Positions 28,119 through 36,859 of a stretch of DNA of 64,000 nt are shown in pieces. The position numbers and the translations under genes were made by a program. A model generated the notes under the pieces. That model was not told the DNA's origin and made no database searches. It was given only the letters and a program-made list of their open reading frames with translations. The stretch is taken from NCBI GenBank assembly GCA_963763775.1, contig CAVXPZ010000004.1:32001-96000 (forward strand), in the 5' to 3' direction. The stretch comes from an uncultured Chloroflexia bacterium. Its GTDB lineage: Bacteria > Chloroflexota > Limnocylindria > Limnocylindrales > CSP1-4. Positions within the stretch are counted from its first letter, which is position 1. The number at the start of each line of letters is the position of its first letter.

Positions 28119-29399
28119 ATGGATCGATCCCTGCGGGCGGTGCTGCTCGGCACGTTCACCCTCCGGTTCAGCACCGGCCTCACCGGGTCCATGCTCGCGT
28201 TCTACCTCGCCCATCTCCAGGACCACGGCGGACCCGCCGTCGACGGCACGATCGTCGGCCTGTACGCGGCCCTGTTCTACCTCACCGAGCTGGTCCTCTC
28301 GCCGCTCTTCGGCATCCTCTCGGACCGCTTCGGTCACCACCGGGTCATGACGTTCGGGCCGGTGTTCGGCGGGGTCGCGGTCGTCCTGACCGGCCTCACG
28401 ACGAACCTCTTCCTGCTCGGCGGCACGCGCATCCTCGAAGGGGCGTCGAGCGCGGCGAGCGTCCCGTCCATCCTCGGCTTCATCGCCCTCGCGACGGCCG
28501 GCAACGAGGTCATGCGAGGCAAGATGGCGGCCCGGTTCGAGGCCGCGACGCTCGCCGGGCTCGGCGCCGGCGCCATCGTCGGCGTGAAGCTCTTCGAGAT
28601 CGTCGGCCCCGTCGCCTTCTTCCTGAACGCGGCGCTGTATGGCGTGTCGTGGGCGATCTACCGATTCGGGGTCAAGGACCCCGCCGGCGAGACCGAGTCG
28701 ATGGCCGGCGAACACGTCCACGTCGGCCGCTATCTGGAGCTGATCCGCACCTCGCATGTGTGGCTGCTGGCGCCGACGTGGATCGCGGTGAATGCCGCCA
28801 TCGGCGTGTGGCTGAGCCAGTCCGTCTTCCAGCTGGCGAAGGGCGACCCGCGCTTCCCCGACCAGGCGCTGATGGTCGGCTTCACGGCGAACCAGATCAC
28901 GATCGGGGCGATCGTCATCGCCGGCGTCTTCGGGGCCGGCCTGATCTACTGGGGCAACCGGTTCAAGTCGCTCCGCCGCACGACGATCATCGGGTATGGC
29001 GTCGCGGGCGGCGTCGCCCTCGTCGTGGCCGGGCTCGTCGTGAACCACGTCGCCACGGTCGCGCCGCTGATCGCCGTGGTGGCCGCCGTCGTCGCGGCGA
29101 TCGGCCTCTTCGTGCTCGCCGGCGCGACACCGGCGGCGCTCGGCCTGCTCGCCGACATGTCCGAGCGGTTCCCCTCGGATCGCGGCGCGATCATGGGCCT
29201 CTACTCGGTGTTCCTGGCGCTCGGCCAGATCACGGGCAGCCTGATCGGGGGTGTCGCGGCCGACTGGCGCGGCATCGACGGGATGTTCATCGCGACGCTC
29301 ATCCTGCTCGGCATCGCCGTCGTGCCGCTGGCCCAGCTCCGCACGCAGGAGCATCAGCTCGACGGGTCGGCGCCGAGGGCGGCCGAACCCTCCACGTGA
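28119..29399 (+). CDS. MFS transporter
   Basis: 12 hydrophobic segments, GILSDRFGHH (motif A), GTRILEG. Confidence 0.9.
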   Translation: MDRSLRAVLLGTFTLRFSTGLTGSMLAFYLAHLQDHGGPAVDGTIVGLYAALFYLTELVLSPLFGILSDRFGHHRVMTFGPVFGGVAVVLTGLTTNLFLLGGTRILEGASSAASVPSILGFIALATAGNEVMRGKMAARFEAATLAGLGAGAIVGVKLFEIVGPVAFFLNAALYGVSWAIYRFGVKDPAGETESMAGEHVHVGRYLELIRTSHVWLLAPTWIAVNAAIGVWLSQSVFQLAKGDPRFPDQALMVGFTANQITIGAIVIAGVFGAGLIYWGNRFKSLRRTTIIGYGVAGGVALVVAGLVVNHVATVAPLIAVVAAVVAAIGLFVLAGATPAALGLLADMSERFPSDRGAIMGLYSVFLALGQITGSLIGGVAADWRGIDGMFIATLILLGIAVVPLAQLRTQEHQLDGSAPRAAEPST

Positions 29400-31081
29400 C
29401 TACTGAGCGGCCCTGGGCGCCGGTCCCGCTGGTCCGCGGCGCGCATGGGGCCGTGGTGGCGCCACACCATCTCGCGACGGCCGCTGGGCTGGAGATCCTG
29501 CGGGCGGGGGGCACCGCCATCGATGCGGCGATCGCCACCAACGCCGCGCTGGCCGTGGTGATGCCCAACGGCTGCGGGGTCGGCGGCGACGCGTTCTGGC
29601 TGACCTGGGACGCGGCGACCGGGCGACAGGCCGCGCTCAACGGGTCCGGTCGCGCCGGAGGCCGCGCCGACGCCGCGTTCCTGCGGGCGAGCGGGCTCCG
29701 GACGCTCCCCCTTCGCGGACCGCTGTCGATCACGGTGCCTGGCGCGGTCCGGTCGTGGGGCGACGCGCACCGCGCCGGGGGACGGTTGAGTCGCGACCGG
29801 ATCCTCGCACCGGCCATCGAGCTCGCTCGTGCCGGGTTCCCTGCCTGGGACGGGTTCATCGACGCGGTGGAGCGCACCGCACCGCTCGTGGCGGACGCCC
29901 TCGGGCCGTCGGCGGGCTTCTTCGCGGTGTACCGGCCGCACGGACGGGCCTGGCGACCGGGCGAGCGGGTGCGACTGCCGGCACTCGCGGCCACGCTCGG
30001 GACGCTGGCCCGCGACGGCTTCGATGCCTTCTACGACGGCGATCTGGGCGATCGGCAGGCTCGAGCGCTCGAGGACGTCGGGGCGATGGTCACGCTCGGG
30101 GACCTGCGGGCACACACGTCGACCCCTGGCGAGCCCATCTCGATCGACTACCGCGGCGTCCGCGTCACGACGCACCCGCCCAACAGCTCGGGCGTGGTCG
30201 CGCTCGAGCTCCTCTCGATCCTCTCGGCGCTCGAGCCGCCTGCCGCGTCGGCGTTCGGCCCGGCGGGCGTGACCGACCCGCGCTGGATCCACCTGGGGAT
30301 CGAGGCCGCGAAGCTCGCGATGGCGGACCGCGACGCGTTCGTCACCGACCCGGCGTTCGAGGACGTGCCCGTGGAGCGACTGCTGTCCGCGTCGCACGGG
30401 GCCGAGCTCGCCGGCCGCATCGACCCGCGCCGCGCGGCCGTCCCGCCAGCCTCGGCGCATCCGATCGGCGGCGGCACGATCTACCTCGCCACCGTCGACG
30501 CGGACGGGAACGCGGTCAGCCTGATCGAGTCCAACTACCTGGGGTTCGGCTCGGGAGTCGTGGACCCGGACACGGGCATCCATTACCAGAACCGTGGCTC
30601 GTACTTCAGCCTGGATCCGGGCCATCCGAACCGGCTGGAGCCCGGCAAGCGGACGCTCCACACGCTGCTCCCCGGGATGCTGTTCCGGGACCGAGCGGAT
30701 GGCTCGCGCAGCGGCGCCCCGTGGGTCGTCGCAGGATCGATGGGCGGCGACGCCCAGCCGCAGATCCACGCCCAGCTCGTGTCGGCGCTCGTCGACGGCG
30801 GCGTCGACATCGCCACCGCCGTCGCGGCGCCGCGCTGGTTCGTGGAACCTGCGGAGCACTTCGCGCCGCCCGTCGAGGTCCGGCTCGAGCCACGGCTGGC
30901 GGCCGGGGTCGCCGAGGCGCTGACGGAGCTGGGCCACCCGGTGACGCTCGTGGAGGCATTCGACTCGAACCTCGGGCACGAGCACGCGATCGAGCTGGTG
31001 GCGGGCGGTCCGGCCGCGTCGGACGGCTCGCTCGCGGCCGCGACGGACCCTCGCAGCGCCGGCCTTCCAGCCGTCTGGTAA
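29396..31081 (+). CDS. Gamma-glutamyltransferase family (Ntn hydrolase)
   Basis: GGTAIDAAIA, GVGGDAF, TVPG, PPNSSG, GGTIYLATVD (autocleavage Thr), QNRG, PGKRTLHTL, MGGDAQPQ, DPRS. Confidence 0.93.
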   Translation: MTTERPWAPVPLVRGAHGAVVAPHHLATAAGLEILRAGGTAIDAAIATNAALAVVMPNGCGVGGDAFWLTWDAATGRQAALNGSGRAGGRADAAFLRASGLRTLPLRGPLSITVPGAVRSWGDAHRAGGRLSRDRILAPAIELARAGFPAWDGFIDAVERTAPLVADALGPSAGFFAVYRPHGRAWRPGERVRLPALAATLGTLARDGFDAFYDGDLGDRQARALEDVGAMVTLGDLRAHTSTPGEPISIDYRGVRVTTHPPNSSGVVALELLSILSALEPPAASAFGPAGVTDPRWIHLGIEAAKLAMADRDAFVTDPAFEDVPVERLLSASHGAELAGRIDPRRAAVPPASAHPIGGGTIYLATVDADGNAVSLIESNYLGFGSGVVDPDTGIHYQNRGSYFSLDPGHPNRLEPGKRTLHTLLPGMLFRDRADGSRSGAPWVVAGSMGGDAQPQIHAQLVSALVDGGVDIATAVAAPRWFVEPAEHFAPPVEVRLEPRLAAGVAEALTELGHPVTLVEAFDSNLGHEHAIELVAGGPAASDGSLAAATDPRSAGLPAVW

Positions 31082-31151
31082 CGCACCGGAGGGACCTTGG
31101 GGGCGGTCCGGCCGGTCCGTTCGGACGAGGGCTCGCGGCAGGTTCGCCGGG

Positions 31152-31203
31152 TATACTCGCCCCGCCGGTGGCAGGCTGCGCTCACACGACGCCGCCACCG
31201 GCG
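31152..31203 (+). promoter_or_regulatory. -10 box and 5' leader hairpin upstream of the Zn-ribbon-azlCD genes
   Basis: TATACT at 31152-31157; CGCCGGTGGC (31163-31172) pairs with GCCACCGGCG (31194-31203). Confidence 0.5.
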
Positions 31204-31236
31204 TTGCCGTCCGACGGGCGATCAGCGGAGGGGTTC

Positions 31237-31509
31237 GTGACCTCGAACGTCAGCCAGAGCTACCCGTACACCAGTGAGTCCGAGCCGGATCGCGCGGCCG
31301 GCCTCGCCGCACTCCTGGCCGAGCGTGCCGGCCTCGCCGACACGCTGGCGGCCGAGACGACGCCGCTCGGTGACGGCGACCGGTGGTGGGTCTGGAAGTG
31401 CCCGACCAAGGGCTGTCCCGGGTTGCTGCACGCGGCCGGGTACGCGCTCGAGAAGCATGCCGTCTTCGTGGTCTGCGACGGGACCTGCGCGAAGACCTTC
31501 CTGCGCTGA
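31237..31509 (+). CDS. Small Cys-rich (putative zinc-ribbon) protein, 90 aa
   Basis: GGAGG SD then GTG; WKCPTKGCPG ... VCDGTCAKTFLR gives two Cys pairs. Confidence 0.7.
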   Translation: MTSNVSQSYPYTSESEPDRAAGLAALLAERAGLADTLAAETTPLGDGDRWWVWKCPTKGCPGLLHAAGYALEKHAVFVVCDGTCAKTFLR

Positions 31510-31511
31510 GC

Positions 31512-32372
31512 ATGGCCGCCTCGGCGGGCACATCCGGCCCCGCCGGCCTCGACCCGATCGACCCCGCGGCGCTCGCCGCCAGCCGTCGGCGGCTGCTTGT
31601 CGAGTCGCTCGGGATCGCGGTCTCGGCGATCGGGTTCGGGTTCGTCTACGGCCTGTCAGCCCACGATGCCGGCTTCTCGCCGATCGACGCGATGGCGATG
31701 AGCGTGATCGTGTTCGCCGGTGCGGCGCAGTTCGCGGCCGTGGGCTACGTGGCCGGCGGCCTGCCGTGGATCGGCGTGGTGCTCCTCACGGGGCTGCTCA
31801 ACGCGCGGCATCTCCTGTACTCCGCGTCCCTCGCCCCGTGGCTCCAGGACGTCCCGCGCCCGCGCCGCGCCGTGATGGCCCACGTCCTGACCGATGAGGC
31901 GTTCGCGCTCTCGATGGCCCACTTCCGGCGTCTCGGTCGGACCGATGAGCGCGGGTACTGGATCGGGGCCATCCTGGCGACGTTCATCCCGTGGAACCTC
32001 GCGACGCTGGCGGGCGTCGTCGTCGGCGGCTCGATCCCGGACCCGAACCAGTTCGGCGTCGACGTGATCTTTCCGGCGGCCATGATCGGACTCGCCGTGG
32101 GGCTGGTGACGGGCCGGCGCGAGCTGGTCGCGGCGATCGTGGGCGGCGGGATCGCCGTGGTCGTGGCGCTCCTTGTCAGTCCGTCCGTGGGGATCGTCGC
32201 CGGGGGCGTCCTCGGGCCGGCGGTCGGCCTGATGGTCCCGGCGGCGGCGGCCCACGAGACGGCGCCGCTCGGGACGACGGAGAGTGCCGAACGGTACGCG
32301 ATGCCGGGCACGCACCTCGAGGAGGACGAGGCGGGGCCGGGCGCGTCGCCCGGGGCCGAGGCGCCCCGATGA
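31512..32372 (+). CDS. azlC: AzlC family branched-chain amino acid exporter, large subunit
   Basis: FAGAAQF, LNARHLLY, LTDEAFA motifs. Confidence 0.9.
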   Translation: MAASAGTSGPAGLDPIDPAALAASRRRLLVESLGIAVSAIGFGFVYGLSAHDAGFSPIDAMAMSVIVFAGAAQFAAVGYVAGGLPWIGVVLLTGLLNARHLLYSASLAPWLQDVPRPRRAVMAHVLTDEAFALSMAHFRRLGRTDERGYWIGAILATFIPWNLATLAGVVVGGSIPDPNQFGVDVIFPAAMIGLAVGLVTGRRELVAAIVGGGIAVVVALLVSPSVGIVAGGVLGPAVGLMVPAAAAHETAPLGTTESAERYAMPGTHLEEDEAGPGASPGAEAPR

Positions 32373-32710
32373 GCACGAGCCTGATCCTGCTCGCGGTCCT
32401 GATGTTCGCGGTCACCTACCCGTCACGCGCGCTCGGCCTGCTGGCACCGGCCTTCGACCGGCTGCCGCGCGGGGCCATCGACTACCTCCAGCTCGTCGGG
32501 CCGGCCGTCCTCACGGCCCTGGCCGCGGTGAGCGTGATGGTGGTGACCGATGACTCGGGCGTCCCTCACTTCTACGTCGGCGTCGAGTGGATCGCGGTCC
32601 TGGCGTGCCTCGCGATCACCGCGTGGCGGCGGAACCTGCTCCTCGGGTTGCTGGGCGCCATCGCGATCGTGGTGGTCGCTCGCGCGACGGGGCTTGCCGC
32701 GCTGCCCTGA
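32369..32710 (+). CDS. azlD: AzlD family exporter, small subunit
   Basis: VTYPSRA, GPAVLTAL, four hydrophobic segments; coupled to azlC (ATGA). Confidence 0.85.
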   Translation: MSTSLILLAVLMFAVTYPSRALGLLAPAFDRLPRGAIDYLQLVGPAVLTALAAVSVMVVTDDSGVPHFYVGVEWIAVLACLAITAWRRNLLLGLLGAIAIVVVARATGLAALP

Positions 32711-32761
32711 GTGCGCATATCTGTCGGGCGTGGTGAGGCCGAGGTTGTTCGGCCCTCCCCG

Positions 32762-32921
32762 CCTGGCGGATCGTCACCAGATGGGTGCTGTGCGCCCGAT
32801 CCACGCGCCCCGACCTGGATCCGGCTCCGATCGATGCGGCACGATGCATCGAAACCGTCGGAAGGGGGCCGACGAGAACGTCCGAGCCCGCACAAGGGTC
32901 ACCTGGTGAATATCTGCCAAG
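32762..32921. repeat. Imperfect 22-bp inverted repeat pair in a ~300-bp non-coding gap
   Basis: The reverse complement of CCTGGCGGATCGTCACCAGATG (32762-32783) matches CACCTGGTGAATATCTGCCAAG (32900-32921) at 17/22 positions; a partial third copy ATATCTG lies near 32717. Confidence 0.5.
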
Positions 32922-33009
32922 GATCGCGGGTCGAGCGGCCTCGCGACGGTGTCGCGTGCCGTCCCGGCCCGCCACGGCGGCGACGCCGGCCGGCCGCGGC
33001 CACCTCGGC

Positions 33010-33399
33010 TCAGCCCCGGCGGGCCTCGGCTTCGATCTCGATGAGCAGGGTCGGGTCGATCAGGGCGCTGACCTCGACGAGCGTGGCCGCCGGGCGGATG
33101 TCCCCGAAGACCTCGCCATGGACCGCGAGGACCTCCGCGGAGCGGCCGATGTCGGTCACGAACATCCGCGTGCGCACGACGTCGGTCAGCGCGAACCCGG
33201 CCTCGGCGAGCGCGGTGTCGATGATCGCGAGCGTCGCCCGGGCCTGGCTGGCCACGTCTCCGGGATGCTGCGTGCGACCGTCCGGGCCCGCATCCGTCGT
33301 GCCCGAGACCCAGCACGCGTCGCCGACGACGATCGCGCGGCTGTAGCCGGCGGCGGCCTCCCACGGGCCGCCCGAGGTGATCCGGCGCCGTTCGGTCAC
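33010..33399 (-). CDS. RidA/YjgF/UK114 family protein
   Basis: WEAAAGYSRA, VSGTT, DVVRTRMFV, IRPAATLVEVSALIDP, IEIEAEA. Confidence 0.92.
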   Translation of the reverse strand: MTERRRITSGGPWEAAAGYSRAIVVGDACWVSGTTDAGPDGRTQHPGDVASQARATLAIIDTALAEAGFALTDVVRTRMFVTDIGRSAEVLAVHGEVFGDIRPAATLVEVSALIDPTLLIEIEAEARRG

Positions 33400-33403
33400 G
33401 CCG

Positions 33404-34648
33404 TCACGCGGTCGCGTCCCGCCAGGCGAGCACCTCGGGGTCGCGCGCGATCGAGAGCAGGAGGCCCGCCAGCAGCGCCGTCCGCGGCACGATGGAGGTG
33501 ACCTCCAGGTACTCCGAGGGCGAGTGGTCGTTGCCGCCGATCGGCCCGAGCCCATCGAGGCTTGGCACGCCCATGCCCGACGTCGTGTTCGCGTCGGAGG
33601 CGCCACCCGTCGCCGCATCGCCGATCGTGAACCCGAGCGAGCCGGCGACCGCGCTGGCGTGCTGGACGAGTCGCCCACTCCGTGCGAGCTTCTCCATCGG
33701 CCACCAGCGGGCCATCGGCTCGAACTCGACCGTGATGTCCGGCACCACCGTCGCCTCGGCGATCCGACGGACCTCCGCCTCGGCCTCCTCGAGCTCGGCC
33801 CGGGCGACGCCGCGGACATCGACCTCGAGCGAGCACCGCTCCGGGACCACGTTCGGCCGCGTCCCCCCGGCGATGACCCCGACGTTCACGGTGACCCCCG
33901 GCCAGCGTCCGTTCAGATCGTGGAGGTCCCGGACGATCCGAGCGGCCTCGAGGATCGCGTTGCGGCCCTTCTCCGGTTCGACGCCGGCGTGCGCCGCGCG
34001 ACCGTGGACGGTCATCCGCAGGTCGAGGATCCCCTTCCGCGACGACACGATGTCGCCGTTGGCGCGGGCGCACTCGAGGACGAGGCATGCGTCGACGGAG
34101 GGCGCGATCTCCCGGATGTGCGGTGTCGAGGTCGGCGAGCCGATCTCCTCGTCGGGGTTCGCGATGAAGACCAGCTGCTCGAACGGCACGCCGCCGAGCT
34201 CGCCGATGAGCGCCTTCAGCGCGTACAGCCCGGCGAGCAGCCCCGACTTCATGTCGGTGACGCCCGGCCCGCGGGCGACGCCCTCGGCGATGTGGAAGGG
34301 CCGTTCCTCGGCCGTGCCCGGGTCGAAGACCGTGTCCATGTGCCCGATCAGGAGCACGCGCGGAGCGCCCGCGCGGCCCGCGAACGTGGCGATCACGGTG
34401 TCCCCGAGGCGACCCTCGGGGTCGGGCCGGACCTCGATCGTGGCGCCGAGCTCCGCGAGGAAGCCGGCCGTCCAGCGGCCGACCTCGTTCACGCCGTCGG
34501 GCGTGTAGCTCCCGCAGTCGATGTTGACCAGCCGCTCGAGATCGCGCAGGTAGTTCGGGAGGTCCGCTTCGATGGCGGCCCGGAGCGCATCGAGCTCGGG
34601 GGTCGGGGGCGCCGGCGTCTCGCCGGCCGGGGCGGTGAGGGCGTCCAT
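33404..34648 (-). CDS. M20 family metallopeptidase (carboxypeptidase G2-like)
   Basis: GHMDTVF, GPGVTDMKSG, DEEIGS, AHAG, GGASDAN, GPIGGNDHSPSEY; ATG 7 nt after TAGACT. Confidence 0.93.
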   Translation of the reverse strand: MDALTAPAGETPAPPTPELDALRAAIEADLPNYLRDLERLVNIDCGSYTPDGVNEVGRWTAGFLAELGATIEVRPDPEGRLGDTVIATFAGRAGAPRVLLIGHMDTVFDPGTAEERPFHIAEGVARGPGVTDMKSGLLAGLYALKALIGELGGVPFEQLVFIANPDEEIGSPTSTPHIREIAPSVDACLVLECARANGDIVSSRKGILDLRMTVHGRAAHAGVEPEKGRNAILEAARIVRDLHDLNGRWPGVTVNVGVIAGGTRPNVVPERCSLEVDVRGVARAELEEAEAEVRRIAEATVVPDITVEFEPMARWWPMEKLARSGRLVQHASAVAGSLGFTIGDAATGGASDANTTSGMGVPSLDGLGPIGGNDHSPSEYLEVTSIVPRTALLAGLLLSIARDPEVLAWRDATA

Positions 34649-34693
34649 GGCGGGGAGTCTAGCCCGGTGCCGGCTTGCTATCCTGCCCGGACC

Positions 34694-36454
34694 GTGCGAC
34701 TGGTCGAGACCCGCCTGTTCGAGGGCCCCAACGTGTACCGGCTCGAGCCGGTGGTCAAGGTCGAGCTGGCCGTCGGGAAGCGGCGGACCTTCTACGGCCA
34801 GCGCGACCCGGGCCGGCATGCGCTGGTCCGCCTCGGCGCCCTGGTCCCGGCCCGCGAGTGGCCCGATGGGATCGCCGGCGTCGTGGCCTGGGTCCGCCGA
34901 CTGCGGGCGGACCACGGCGAAGGGACCGGCGGGGTCGGCGTCCACCGTTCGTCCGACCCGGGCCACTGGCTCGTGACGTTCCCGTGGCGCGGCGAGGAGC
35001 GCGCTCGGACGATCACCGACGCGGCGCTGGCCCTCGCCGAGCGCGACGTCTCGCCGTCGCGGACCGCGCGCCTGACCGGCGCGCAGGAACGCCTGCTCGA
35101 CCGGTGGACCGAGCGGATCGCGGCCGCGGGGACGGCACCGCCCACGTGGGTGCGCGACGCCGATCGACACATCCCGGTCATCTCGATCTCGGGCACGAAC
35201 GGCAAGTCCACCGTCACCCGGCTCATCAGCCACATCCTCATCGGCGCCGGACGACATGTCGGGACCACCACGTCGGACGGTGTCCTGGTCGACGAGCGGA
35301 TGGTCGACCCGGGCGACTGGACGGGTCCCGGCGGCGCGCACCAGATCCTCGGCCGCCGCGACCTCGACGTCGCCGTGCTCGAGACGGCCCGGGGTGGGAT
35401 CGTCCTGCGCGGCGTCGGCTATGAGTCGAACGAGGCCAGCGTCCTGACGAACGTCTCGTCGGACCACCTCGACCTCCAGGGGATCCACACCCTCCCCGAG
35501 CTCGCGGAGGTCAAGTCCACGATCTGCCGCATCACCAAGCGGGGCGGCTGGGTCGTGCTCAACGCGGACGACCCGCTCGTGGCGGCGGTGGCGCGACGGA
35601 CGCACGCCCACGTGGCGTTCTTCTCGATCGCCGACGAGTCCGCGGTGATCCGGCGGCATCGGGCGGCTGGCGGCCGCGCCTACGTCGTGCGGCGTGGTGT
35701 CATCGTCGAGGCAGATGGCGACCGCGAGACCGAGATCGTCGACGTCGCGCGGGTGCCGATCACCATCGGCGGCCTCGCGCGGCATAACGTCGCCAACGCC
35801 CTCGCCGCGGCCGGCGGGGCGCGCGGCCTGGGGGCGACCATCGAGCAGGTCCACGACGGGCTCGTCGACTTCGGACCGACATCGGAGCGGTCGCCGGGCC
35901 GGCTGAACCTGTACCGCCTCGGGGCCCGGGTCGTGATCGTCGACTTCGCCCACAACGAGGCCGGGATCGCCGCGGTCCTCGATGTCGCCGAGGGGATCGC
36001 CGGCGGCGCGGCCGGACGTGCCGCGCCCATCACGGCGATCATCGGCACGGCCGGCGACCGGCCGGACGACACGTTGCGCGGGATCGGGCGGATCGCCGCC
36101 CAGCGCGCGCAACGCGTCGCGATCAAGCAGACGCTGCGATACCTGCGAGGGCGGACGGCCGACTCGGTCGTCGGCGAGCTGCTGGCGGGCGTGGAGGAGG
36201 GCGGCGGCGACCCTTCGACCGTGCCGGTCTACGAGACCGAGCCCGAAGCCCTGCGAGCCGAGCTGAACGGCGCGGCCGGGCATGGGTCGGACGGCGGCCG
36301 TGTCGATGGCCCGCGGGTCGTGGTGCTGATGTGCCATGAGGACCGTGACGGCGTGTTCCGCGTGCTCGAGGAGCTCGGGGCGCGGCCCGTGGACGTCGCC
36401 TCCGAGCTGACCGAGCTGGTGCCGCGGCTGCAGACGCGGCCGCGACGCGCCTGA
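34694..36454 (+). CDS. Cyanophycin-synthetase-like Mur ligase lacking the ATP-grasp domain (586 aa)
   Basis: N-terminus VRLVETRLFEGPNVYRLEPVVKVEL aligns by eye with the neighbouring CphA LRILETRVLRGPNYWAREPVIRMLV. After about 160 aa come SGTNGKST, TTSDG, ETARGG, TNVSSDHL, LNADD, HNVANALAA, PGRLN, DFAHN, GDR. Confidence 0.88.
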   Translation: MRLVETRLFEGPNVYRLEPVVKVELAVGKRRTFYGQRDPGRHALVRLGALVPAREWPDGIAGVVAWVRRLRADHGEGTGGVGVHRSSDPGHWLVTFPWRGEERARTITDAALALAERDVSPSRTARLTGAQERLLDRWTERIAAAGTAPPTWVRDADRHIPVISISGTNGKSTVTRLISHILIGAGRHVGTTTSDGVLVDERMVDPGDWTGPGGAHQILGRRDLDVAVLETARGGIVLRGVGYESNEASVLTNVSSDHLDLQGIHTLPELAEVKSTICRITKRGGWVVLNADDPLVAAVARRTHAHVAFFSIADESAVIRRHRAAGGRAYVVRRGVIVEADGDRETEIVDVARVPITIGGLARHNVANALAAAGGARGLGATIEQVHDGLVDFGPTSERSPGRLNLYRLGARVVIVDFAHNEAGIAAVLDVAEGIAGGAAGRAAPITAIIGTAGDRPDDTLRGIGRIAAQRAQRVAIKQTLRYLRGRTADSVVGELLAGVEEGGGDPSTVPVYETEPEALRAELNGAAGHGSDGGRVDGPRVVVLMCHEDRDGVFRVLEELGARPVDVASELTELVPRLQTRPRRA

Positions 36455-36668
36455 CACGCGGGCCTTGCGCGGGCGTGCGCGGGCGTGCGCGGGCCGGGTA
36501 CTCCCAGTGGCAGTTCCCCGACAGGTTCCTCGTGGACTCGCGCGGAATCGACCGGTCGCCGTCGTTCCTGCCGGGCGACCACGCTCGGGCGTGCCCGAAG
36601 CGGTACTGACAGTTGCGTCGGCTGGTGGACGCGCCGCCGCGCCTGACGCGCAGGCCTTGCGCGGGCGT
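36446..36668 (+). repeat. 31-bp direct repeat (29/31 identical) with a 192-bp period
   Basis: CGCGCCTGACACGCGGGCCTTGCGCGGGCGT (36446-36476) and CGCGCCTGACGCGCAGGCCTTGCGCGGGCGT (36638-36668). Confidence 0.8.
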
Positions 36669-36740
36669 CGTCCCACGGCGCATCATCGTCGCGATGCCGG
36701 CCGGCCCCATCGGTCGACACTGGTCGGAGGGTACGAACCC

Positions 36741-36833
36741 GTGGAGATGGCCGCTGGCGTCCTGCTGATCCTGATCTCCCTGGTGGAGATCTTCTTCGTC
36801 GTGCGGGTGGTCCAGGCGAACATGCCCCGCTGA
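36741..36833 (+). CDS. Small single-TM peptide (30 aa)
   Basis: GGAGG at 36726-36730, GTG 36741 (or ATG 36747); MEMAAGVLLILISLVEIFFVVRVVQANMPR with strong GC3 codon bias. Confidence 0.55.
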   Translation: MEMAAGVLLILISLVEIFFVVRVVQANMPR

Positions 36834-36859
36834 CCTCGGCCACGCCGTGGTCGACGCGC

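Noticed and set aside
36500-36630. Possible HDV-like ribozyme suggested by TTCCTCGT
   Set aside because: The flanking bases do not form the required P3 and P1 pairings on manual inspection.
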